Source: Terriglobia bacterium | GTDB taxonomy: Bacteria; Acidobacteriota; Terriglobia; JAJPHL01 | DNA length: 64,000 nucleotides | Direction: 5' to 3' | Assembly: GCA_963747095.1 (NCBI GenBank) | Contig: CAVVEL010000022.1 | Location: 251,005-315,004 of the forward strand | Shown here: positions 52,500 through 60,157 of the stretch, in pieces | How positions within the stretch are numbered: position 1 is the first letter of the stretch | How the letters are laid out: each line of letters opens with the position of its first letter | Translations under genes and position numbers: made by a program | Notes under the pieces: model-generated | Told to the model about the DNA's origin: nothing | Databases searched by the model: none | The model's input: only the letters and a program-made list of their open reading frames with translations

Positions 52500-52605
52500 G
52501 AAGAATCTGGTCGTTACCGGTTCAGGACCTGAAACCAGTCTAAAGCAGTAAGACGCGGCCGGTGAATGTTAGGTTTCTTACCTATTGCGGTGACGATCTG
52601 CCTTT

Positions 52606-54018
52606 TTACCAGATCCCCAGGAACTTCCACCAGGCAAAGCCAATGGTGGTCCAGATCGCCAGGTTCACCAGCGACATCAGGAATCCGATGCCCCACCACT
52701 TGCCGAAAGGCACATAGTCGGTAGCGTAGAACATCGGCGAGGGCGTGGTGCCGTAATGGGTCAGGCCGGCGGCGAAGTTGGCAAAGATGGCGAAGGAGTA
52801 CATGATCAAACCGATCGGCGCGCCCTTGCCCACCAGCACGGTGGCGAAGGGCGCAAACATCGCCAGCAGGTGCGCAGTGATGCTGGCGAATCCATAATGC
52901 GCGTAGAAGTACACCAGTAACGCGCCGCCGAACAGCACTACCCATCCCGCGCCGCTGAAACTGGCGCCGACTTTTTGCGCGAACGCGGTGGTCACGCCGG
53001 CTTCACCCAGCGCTTTGCCGAGGCGCAAGAGTCCGCCGTACCAGACGAAAATGTCCCAGGCGGCTTTTTCATTCTTGACGTCTTCCCAGTCGAGCACGCC
53101 GGTCAGCAGCAGGAAGCAGGCTCCCAGCAACGCGGTGACGCCGATCTCCAGATGGTTGTACTTGGCGGTAATCCACAACGTGCAAACGGTCAGGAACACG
53201 CCGAAGGTCACCCATTCGGGCCAGCGCAGTTTGCCCATCGCTTGCAACTCGCGGCGCGCGAAAGCCGCCGCCTCCGGCGTCTGGCGAATTTCCGGCGGCG
53301 AGAGTTTAGCGATCAATAGCGGCAGGACGATCAGGGAGCAAAGCCCGGGCACCAATCCAGCCATGAACCAGCTTCCCCAAGTGATGGTGTAATGAAACTG
53401 TTTCAAGGCGATTCCCGCGGCCAACGGATTGCTGGCTTGTCCGGTATAGAACATTGCCGTGGTCACGCAGATGCTCTGGTAAACGGCGGTGGTGAGAAAC
53501 GTGCCGAGCAATCCGGCGGTAGGGCCGGGATGCGAGCCGTACAGTTCGGAGATGGAGCGCATGATCGGCAGGATTACGCCGCCGGAGCGCGCGCCGTTGG
53601 AGGGAATGGCGGACGCCAGCACCATGTCGCTGAGCGACAGGGAATAGGCGACGCCTACGGAGCTCTTTCCGAACATACGCACAAAAAATAATGCGATGCG
53701 CCGGGCCAGCCCGGTCTTGAGCAGTGCGCGGGCGATGAAAAATGCCGCCAGCACCAGCCAGACGCTGGAATCGGCGTAGCCCGCCAGAGCTTGCTCGATG
53801 CTCAGGCCGCCGAACATGGCGGAAAGCGTGACCGCGGTCAGCACCAGCGCGCCGCCGGCGATCGGTTGAATCACGAGGCCGAAGATGGTGGCGGCGAAAA
53901 TGCCGAACAGCCGCCATCCCGCGGGACTCACCGCCGCCGGGCGCGGGATGAACACCTGAATGGCAATGTATATCGCGACGAGACAGAGGAGGCCGAGAAT
54001 CCTACGCTGGTTGAACAT
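52606..54018 (-). CDS. DASS-family (SLC13/CitT-like) anion:cation symporter
   Basis: ATG 54018. It is multi-TM with ..SNGARSGGVILPIMRSI.. and ..FANFAAGLTHYGTTPSP.. hairpin motifs. Confidence 0.75.
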   Translation of the reverse strand: MFNQRRILGLLCLVAIYIAIQVFIPRPAAVSPAGWRLFGIFAATIFGLVIQPIAGGALVLTAVTLSAMFGGLSIEQALAGYADSSVWLVLAAFFIARALLKTGLARRIALFFVRMFGKSSVGVAYSLSLSDMVLASAIPSNGARSGGVILPIMRSISELYGSHPGPTAGLLGTFLTTAVYQSICVTTAMFYTGQASNPLAAGIALKQFHYTITWGSWFMAGLVPGLCSLIVLPLLIAKLSPPEIRQTPEAAAFARRELQAMGKLRWPEWVTFGVFLTVCTLWITAKYNHLEIGVTALLGACFLLLTGVLDWEDVKNEKAAWDIFVWYGGLLRLGKALGEAGVTTAFAQKVGASFSGAGWVVLFGGALLVYFYAHYGFASITAHLLAMFAPFATVLVGKGAPIGLIMYSFAIFANFAAGLTHYGTTPSPMFYATDYVPFGKWWGIGFLMSLVNLAIWTTIGFAWWKFLGIW

Positions 54019-54061
54019 GCGGACATGAAAACTTAACCACAAAGAGGCGCTCAAGCAAAGG

Positions 54062-54137
54062 AAAAAACCGTAACGCAGGCCTTCAGGCCTGTTCTTTATT
54101 CCAAAGAGACAAGAACAGGCCTGAAGGCCTGCGTTAC
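54062..54137 (-). terminator. Family-C palindrome, second copy; on the minus strand it is followed by a T7 run (intrinsic-terminator-like)
   Basis: GTAACGCAGGCCTTCAGGCCTGT..ACAGGCCTGAAGGCCTGCGTTAC spans 54070-54137. The plus strand has GAAAAAAACC just before it, which is GGTTTTTTTC after the hairpin on the minus strand. Confidence 0.55.
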
Positions 54138-54271
54138 TTTAACAACGCGGCGAACAGGATGTAGAGCAGGATCAAGCCGACAGCCAGGATGAAGACGCAG
54201 CTCAGCAATCGGCCGGTGGAACCGGTGGCATCGGCTTTTTTCTTGGAGCGGGGAGGTTTCCAGCGGGACAC
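54134..54271 (-). CDS. possible 45-aa small membrane protein (below ORF-track cutoff)
   Basis: From GTG it reads VSRWKPPRSKKKADATGSTGRLLSCVFILAVGLILLYILFAALLK, then TAA, which lies inside the family-C arm. There is no clear Shine-Dalgarno. Confidence 0.3.
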   Translation of the reverse strand: MSRWKPPRSKKKADATGSTGRLLSCVFILAVGLILLYILFAALLK

Positions 54272-54345
54272 CTGTTTATTATAAACGGTAACCCGCACGG
54301 AACGCGGCCCGTCTACATTACAATGGAGGGTAGGAAGGCCGGATT

Positions 54346-55434
54346 ATGCGCGATTTCAAGGGAACCCTGCAAGTAGTCATGGTTGTGGCGCTGGTGGCGA
54401 TTGCCGGATTGCTTTTTTCCATCAGCCGCAAGCTGGACAACCAAAACAGCACGCCGCCTCCGGCAGCAGCGGCGGCGCAGACATCGCCAGCGCCATCTCC
54501 CGCGCCGGATACCGCGGCAACTCCAGCGGCCCCTATCGCGGCTCCTCCCGCCCCGGCGTCGAAAGAGACACCGCAAGAAATGGTCAAGCCGGCGCCCCGC
54601 AAACCGGCTGACAAGCCGGCGCACGAACGCAAGGATCGCTTTGCAGAGGTCCCCGATCGCCTGCCGCCGGCTGACACGCCCGTCCCGGCCGCTGCCGCTG
54701 CTCCGCCCGCGAGGGATCCCAACGGAATCGCCTACGCCAACGACGGAACAACGCCGCCGATCACCGCCGCGCTTCCGTTGCCTCCCATGCCGATGGCGCC
54801 CCCGCCCCCGCCTCCTCCGCCTCCCCAGACATTTACGGTGCCGGAGGGAACGTCTTTCCGGGTTCGCCTGCTGGATCGCATCGATGCTGCCAAGAACCAC
54901 ACCGGCGACACTTTCCGCGCCTCTCTCGATGAAAACCTCCTCGTGGACGGCACGGTGGTGGCCAACCGCGGATCGAGCGTAGCCGGCCGGCTGGTGGAAG
55001 ATAAGCAAGCCGGCCGCGTTTCCGGAGTAGCATCGCTGACGTTAACCATCGAGCGTCTGACCACCATTGCCGGCGAGGAAACCGTCTCCAGCGATGTGAT
55101 GAAGAAGGATGCGCCATCCTCGAAGGGCAAAGACGCCGCTAAGGTCGGCGGCCTTGCCGCACTCGGCGCGGTCATCGGCGCGATTGCCGGACACGGAGCA
55201 GGCGCGGCCATTGGCGCCGGAGCGGGCGCGGGGGCCGGGGCTATCGATGTGCTGACCACCAGAGGCAAAGATTTGAAGCTGGGTCCCGAGACGCTGCTGA
55301 TTTTTCGCTTGAACGCACCGCTCACCTTTACCGTGGACGCCTCGAAAGTACAGCAAGCTAGCACGGGAAACAACAATAACGGTCCGACCACGGATCCCGC
55401 GGATCGCCCGTATTTGCGGCGGCGCAACCCATAA
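54346..55434 (+). CDS. membrane-anchored Pro-rich protein with conserved beta-domain and glycine-zipper segment
   Basis: The TM helix is LQVVMVVALVAIAGLLFSI and a long P/A-rich linker includes PPPPPPPPP. Other strings are ..EGTSFRVRLLDRIDAAKNHTGDTFRASL.. and ..GGLAALGAVIGAIAGHGAGAAIGAGAGAGAGA.. Confidence 0.6.
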   Translation: MRDFKGTLQVVMVVALVAIAGLLFSISRKLDNQNSTPPPAAAAAQTSPAPSPAPDTAATPAAPIAAPPAPASKETPQEMVKPAPRKPADKPAHERKDRFAEVPDRLPPADTPVPAAAAAPPARDPNGIAYANDGTTPPITAALPLPPMPMAPPPPPPPPPQTFTVPEGTSFRVRLLDRIDAAKNHTGDTFRASLDENLLVDGTVVANRGSSVAGRLVEDKQAGRVSGVASLTLTIERLTTIAGEETVSSDVMKKDAPSSKGKDAAKVGGLAALGAVIGAIAGHGAGAAIGAGAGAGAGAIDVLTTRGKDLKLGPETLLIFRLNAPLTFTVDASKVQQASTGNNNNGPTTDPADRPYLRRRNP

Positions 55435-55470
55435 CTAACCTTTGTGGATTGGGCTCAGCCCGCGGACTGA

Positions 55471-56625
55471 TTACTTCGCGGGGACCATTTTCTCGAGCGC
55501 CGCAAGCTGCTGCTTAACGGTGTCGGCTTCCACCGAATTGGGCGCCGCCGTCAGATACGCACGCAACAGGCCGGTGGCCTCGCTGTAACCCTGTTTCCTG
55601 GCCAGGATCACGCCCAACACGTAACCCGCCCGTGGATTCGCCGCCAGATCGAGCCGCACGGCTTCGCGGGCGCTCTTCTCGGCGGCGTCCATATCGTTCA
55701 GATTCAGATTGGCGATGGCACTGAAATAGTAAGCGCGCGGAAAATCAACCGGATCCAGCCGGATTACGTTGGCGGTCACATCGCGCACCTCGGGCCACAA
55801 TTCCAGATGCGACGTGACCAGATACAGCCGCTCGTAGGGATAAAGATACTTCGCGTCGGCCGCGACGGATCGCCGATAGGCGTCCGCGGCTTCCTTCCAA
55901 CGGCTGCGCGATTCGTAGACGCGTCCCAGTTGGAACCAGGCCACCGCGTATGCCGGATAAACCTCCACCGCCTTCTTCAGCTCTTTCTGCGCGTCGTCGA
56001 GATTCCCACCGGGGTTGCGCTTCTGGAGCGCTTCCATCGCTTTCTCGAGCGCTTTTCGCGCTGCGTCCGGCGCGAGTGCGGTCGTGGCGCTGATCGTCAG
56101 CCCTTCTACGGTGGTCAGACGGTGCAGCACGATCGTGCCGACATCCGGCGAGTCCAGGCGGCGATGCCCGCTCAGAGAGACGATCGTTGAGGTGTAGCCC
56201 AGCAGCGCGCCGCGCAGATCGCAACCCGTGAGATCGCGCGGAATCGTTTCGACCGGGGCCGGCGCGCTGACCGCTGCGGCGCCGCCCGGCGACCGTTCCA
56301 TCGGGTTGGCGTAACTCAAGTCGAAAACTTCGTCCGGGTTGGTGATCCCCAACTGGATGCTGAAACGACCCTTTTCATCGCTCCATCCTTGCGGCCGGGG
56401 AAGCGAATTGCAGGTCAGTTCCACGCGCACGCGATCCGGCGGGGCTGTTCCGTCCTCCAGCACGAACTTTCCCGAGAGGGCCGCGCCCGTCGCCGGCACG
56501 GGAAGCGTTGAAGGATTCACGCCCCCTGCGGGCCCAATCTGTTTGCTGGCCTGCCCGAGCAACAAAGCGGAACAAAGACCCGCGCAACTGACCAAGCGAA
56601 TCGCGAACCATAGTCTCATCGGCAT
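55471..56625 (-). CDS. secreted TPR-repeat protein with N-terminal carboxypeptidase-regulatory-like domain
   Basis: The signal is MPMRLWFAIRLVSCAGLCSALLLGQA. Other strings are ..GKFVLEDGTAPPDRVRVELTC..DEKGRFSI.. and TPR-like ..AVEVYPAYAVAWFQLGRVYE.. Confidence 0.6.
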   Translation of the reverse strand: MPMRLWFAIRLVSCAGLCSALLLGQASKQIGPAGGVNPSTLPVPATGAALSGKFVLEDGTAPPDRVRVELTCNSLPRPQGWSDEKGRFSIQLGITNPDEVFDLSYANPMERSPGGAAAVSAPAPVETIPRDLTGCDLRGALLGYTSTIVSLSGHRRLDSPDVGTIVLHRLTTVEGLTISATTALAPDAARKALEKAMEALQKRNPGGNLDDAQKELKKAVEVYPAYAVAWFQLGRVYESRSRWKEAADAYRRSVAADAKYLYPYERLYLVTSHLELWPEVRDVTANVIRLDPVDFPRAYYFSAIANLNLNDMDAAEKSAREAVRLDLAANPRAGYVLGVILARKQGYSEATGLLRAYLTAAPNSVEADTVKQQLAALEKMVPAK

Positions 56626-56681
56626 CCCCCAAGTTGATGATCCCGATTATACGCATACCCGCGGGCAGGCGGAAAAAATCA

Positions 56682-56786
56682 GCCACAGAGACACGGAGGG
56701 CCCAGAGACCGGAAACACAGAGAAAACCAATTCTTGTTGGGGTGTCTTTGTGCTTCCGGTCTCTGGGTCCTCCGTGTCTCTGTGGC
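56682..56786. repeat. Family-A variant hairpin (CACAGAGACACGGAGG type)
   Basis: GCCACAGAGACACGGAGGGCCCAGAGACCGGAAACACAGAGAAAACC pairs with GGTGTCTTTGTGCTTCCGGTCTCTGGGTCCTCCGTGTCTCTGTGGC. It lies just after the thiolase stop. Confidence 0.85.
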
Positions 56787-56807
56787 CGATTCTTCCGCGG
56801 CTTCGAA

Positions 56808-57992
56808 CTACACGCAAGCCTCGAACAACCCCGCCGCGCCCTGCCCGCCGCCGATACACATGGTCACCACGCCGTACTTCGACTTGCGGCGCAGCATTTC
56901 GTTGGCCAAGGTGCCGACCAGGCGCGATCCGGTCATGCCGAAGGGATGCCCGATGGAGACGGAACCGCCGTTGACGTTCAGTTTCGCGGGATCGATTCCC
57001 AAGCGGTCGCGGCAATAGATCACCTGCACCGCGAAAGCCTCGTTGAGTTCCCACAGATCGATGTCTTCCACCTTCAGGCCATGACGCTTCAGCAACTTCG
57101 GCACGGCGAACACCGGTCCGATGCCCATCTCGTCCGGCTCGCATCCGGCCACGGCGAATCCCCGGAAAATGAGCTTGTACTTGATTCCCAGCGCGTCGGC
57201 GCGTTCACGCGACATCACCAGAGTGGCGGATGCTCCATCGGAGAGCTGCGAGGAATTGCCCGCCGTCACCGTGCCCTGGCCGCTGTTGGGATCGAAGTAG
57301 GGCTTGAGTTTGGCCAAGCCTTCCATCGTGGTGTCGGGACGATTGCATTCGTCGCGATCGAGCACCGCTTCTTCCTCGCGCAACACCGTGCCGTCCTTGT
57401 CCAGCACCGCGCGCGTCACTTTCATGGGCGCGATCTCGCCCGTGAAAAAGCATTCTTGCTGGGCCCGCGCCGTGCGCTTCTGGCTTTCCAGCGAATAGGC
57501 GTCCTGCGTTTCGCGGCCGATCTTGTAACGCTTGGCGACCACCTCGGCGGTGTCGCCCATCACCATGTACACGCCGGGCTTGTACTCTTGCAATTTGGGA
57601 TTGGGATGGCTGTCGCGTGGAGTCATGGTGATGCTTTCCACACCGCCGCCGATAGCCGCCTCGGCGCCTTCCGCAATTACCTGGTGCGCGGCCATGGCCA
57701 CGGACTGCAATCCCGAAGAGCAAAAGCGATTCACGGTGATGGCCGCCGTGGTCACCGGCAATCCGGAAAGCAGCGCGGCGATACGCGCCACGTTGGTACC
57801 CTGCGTGCCGTGAGGCTGCCCGCAGCCGACGATGACGTCTTCCACTTCGGGCTTGGCCAACTCAGGATGGCGATCCAAAACCGCGCGGATGCAATGGGCC
57901 ATCTGATCGTCCGGGCGGGTGCGGTTCAACGATCCACGAAAGGACTTCGCCAGACCGGTGCGCAGGCTGTCAACGATTACCGCTTCTCTCAT
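56808..57992 (-). CDS. acetyl-CoA C-acyltransferase (thiolase)
   Basis: 394 aa with ..TVNRFCSSGLQSV.. (active-site Cys), ..NEAFAVQV.., ..GGSVSIGHPFGMTG.. and ..CIGGGQGAAGLFE. Confidence 0.9.
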   Translation of the reverse strand: MREAVIVDSLRTGLAKSFRGSLNRTRPDDQMAHCIRAVLDRHPELAKPEVEDVIVGCGQPHGTQGTNVARIAALLSGLPVTTAAITVNRFCSSGLQSVAMAAHQVIAEGAEAAIGGGVESITMTPRDSHPNPKLQEYKPGVYMVMGDTAEVVAKRYKIGRETQDAYSLESQKRTARAQQECFFTGEIAPMKVTRAVLDKDGTVLREEEAVLDRDECNRPDTTMEGLAKLKPYFDPNSGQGTVTAGNSSQLSDGASATLVMSRERADALGIKYKLIFRGFAVAGCEPDEMGIGPVFAVPKLLKRHGLKVEDIDLWELNEAFAVQVIYCRDRLGIDPAKLNVNGGSVSIGHPFGMTGSRLVGTLANEMLRRKSKYGVVTMCIGGGQGAAGLFEACV

Positions 57993-58351
57993 GAGTTTTT
58001 CTTGGGGCCGCCGTTCTTGCCGCGATGTCCGTTCCCGCGCCCAAGGCCGGAAAGAAACGCGTCCATTTTCTTGCCAAGATTGTTGATTCGTTCGTCCGTT
58101 TTGCGGAAAAGCTCATCTAAGCGCTCATCGGTCTTGCGAAAGCGCTCTTCGGTTTGCAAGATCCGCTTGCCAGCCTGCGACTGCTGCTGGCTCATCAAAG
58201 TGATTAACTGATAGGTCAGCCTTTCGTTGCGCTCTTGCCGTTGCGTCACACGATTAAGGCGGGCGTCGATTTCTTCCATCTCACGAGAGAACCGGGCCTC
58301 GTGGGCAGCCTGATTCTCCAGCAAGAACTGAATGGTCTTCTCAACATCCAT
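57989..58351 (-). CDS. hypothetical coiled-coil protein (120 aa)
   Basis: MDVEKTIQFLLENQAAHEARF.. has an internal repeat FRKTDERLDELFRKTDERINNL. The stop overlaps the thiolase start (ATGA). Confidence 0.55.
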   Translation of the reverse strand: MDVEKTIQFLLENQAAHEARFSREMEEIDARLNRVTQRQERNERLTYQLITLMSQQQSQAGKRILQTEERFRKTDERLDELFRKTDERINNLGKKMDAFLSGLGRGNGHRGKNGGPKKNS

Positions 58352-58376
58352 AAACGAAGATCATACCACGGCGAGA

Positions 58377-58994
58377 TCAGTCCAAGCCCAAGGCGGCCAA
58401 CGCGGCGCGGGTGGTGGCTACATCGCGATGCCATACAGCGCGCAAGCCCATTCCCGCGGCAACGTCCACGAACATGCGGCGATCTTCCAGATACGCGGTC
58501 TGCTCCGGTGCGGACTGGCCCACGTCGAGCGCCAGCCGCCAGATGCCGGTGTCCGGCTTGCGCATCCCCACGCAGCCGGAGATCACGAAGAAGTCCACGA
58601 ACTCGAGGAGCGCGAAGCGACGCGTGCGATCCTCCGCCAACTCGCGTCCTTCGTTGCTGACCACGCCGACCTTCAATCCGTGACGCGCCTTCACTTCCTT
58701 CACCAGCGCGATCATCTCGGTCAGGGGCTGCGCTTGCTCCAAGATGAAATCGAGCACCTGTTGCGGCGTGTAAGAACGCGGCTCAAAGAAAATGATCCGC
58801 TGCAGATATGTCCAAATGTCGGTCTTGCCCGACTCGTAGGTATCGTACGTCAGGCGATGGCACTCCTCCATCACGGCGGGGTCAACGTGAAATTGCTCGG
58901 CGACGCGACGGCGAGTGTTGCGGTCCCATCCATTGGTGAGCAACACGCCGCCGAGGTCGGTCAAGAGGTGGCTGGGTTTCCTGTTGGAGTTCAT
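58377..58994 (-). CDS. HAD-superfamily hydrolase
   Basis: Motifs are ..LLTDLGGVLLTNGWD.., ..VGVVSNEGRELA.. and ..TAYLEDRRMFVDVAAGMGL.. Confidence 0.7.
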   Translation of the reverse strand: MNSNRKPSHLLTDLGGVLLTNGWDRNTRRRVAEQFHVDPAVMEECHRLTYDTYESGKTDIWTYLQRIIFFEPRSYTPQQVLDFILEQAQPLTEMIALVKEVKARHGLKVGVVSNEGRELAEDRTRRFALLEFVDFFVISGCVGMRKPDTGIWRLALDVGQSAPEQTAYLEDRRMFVDVAAGMGLRAVWHRDVATTRAALAALGLD

Positions 58995-59145
58995 GCGTTG
59001 ACCATTAGACCATAGCCGGAAGAAAGACGGCAGTGTCTTCCGGAGGGGCAGGTACGATCATTGAGCCAATCAGACACATAAGTGTGGTAATAATACAACA
59101 CTCGGTGTTCACAACTTTAAGTATAATCAGGGTTTGCAGGTCTTG

Positions 59146-60038
59146 ATGCCATTCCAGCACACGATTGCCGATGCTGTTGAATTCGCGGGCGTTGGTCTCC
59201 ACAGTGCTGTCCCGGTCCACATGCGCATCCTGCCCGCCCCGAGTGGCCGGGGGATTGTCTTCCGCCGCACCGATTTAGACAATTTCGAAATTGAAGCCTG
59301 TTGGCGGCATGTAGCTCGCGTCAGTTACGCCACCAGCCTGATGAAACAGGGTGTGTTGATCTCCACCACTGAGCATTTGCTCTCGGGGCTGGTCAGCATG
59401 GGCGTGGACAACGCCTATGTGGAACTGGACGCCCTGGAGTTGCCGATCCTGGACGGCAGCGCCGCTCCTTATATAGAGATGCTGGCGAAGGTGGGCCTGC
59501 GGAGGCAACGCTCGCATCGCGCCTGGGCCGGATCATGGAACCGGTGGAAGTAGTGGAAGGGTCCAAGCGCATCGGCGTGTATCCGCCGGAGGACGGCCAA
59601 ACGGGCACTCACATCAGTTGCAGTATCGACTTTCCGCATCCCCTAATCGGGCTGCAAAGCTATTCGCTGTATTTGACCCCGCAACGCTATGCCCGCGAGA
59701 TCGCCCCGGCCCGCACCTTCGGATTCACGCGCGACTTCGACGCGCTCCGCAACATGGGCCTGATCCGCGGCGGATCGCTGGAGAACGCCCTGGTGCTGGA
59801 CGATCACGGCCTGCTGAACGCAGGCGGGTTGCGTTTCCCCGACGAGTTCTGCCGTCACAAACTGCTCGACCTGATCGGCGACCTGGCGCTGTTTGGCCTG
59901 CCGATCCTGGGACGCGTGGTGGCGCTGCGCGCCGGACACTACATGCACGTGGCCTTGGTGAATCGCTTGATGCGTGATCGCTCGCTGTGGGAAGAGGTCA
60001 CTGAAGAAGTGGCGTTGCCGGTGGCGGTGGGCGTGTAA
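59146..60038 (+). CDS. lpxC: UDP-3-O-acyl-N-acetylglucosamine deacetylase; split by a 1-nt deletion as assembled
   Basis: ORF 59134..59553 reads MPFQHTIADAVEFAGVGLHSAVPVHMRILPAPSGRGIVFRRTDL..ISTTEHLLSGLVSMGVDNAYVELDALELPILDGSAAPYIEML. It continues in the -1 frame as ..RIMEPVEVVEGSKR..ARTFGFTRDFDALRNMGLIRGGSLENALVLDD..FPDEFCRHKLLDLIGDLAL.. (ORF 59535..60038). Confidence 0.85.
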
Positions 60039-60062
60039 TTCAACATGGATGCACAGGATGGA

Positions 60063-60090
60063 CAGGATGGGCTTCTTCCATCCTGTTTAT
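60063..60090 (+). terminator. hairpin ACAGGATGG-N7-CCATCCTGT followed by TTTAT, between convergent lpxC and ADOP genes
   Basis: Read directly. The left arm is itself tandemly duplicated (ACAGGATGG at 60054-60062 and 60063-60071). Confidence 0.4.
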
Positions 60091-60094
60091 CCAT

Positions 60095-60157
60095 GTTAAG
60101 AAAGCGCTATTCCGCGTTAAGAAAGCGCTATTCCGCGTTAAGAAAGCGCTATTCCGC
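60095..60157. repeat. perfect 21-nt tandem repeat x3 (GTTAAGAAAGCGCTATTCCGC)
   Basis: Units are at 60095-60115, 60116-60136 and 60137-60157. The third unit contains the last codons and the TAG stop (60149-60151) of the ADOP gene on the minus strand. Confidence 0.95.

Noticed and set aside
56634-58211. 525-aa plus-strand ORF opposite the thiolase
   Set aside because: It is antisense to a canonical thiolase and starts inside a family-A repeat.
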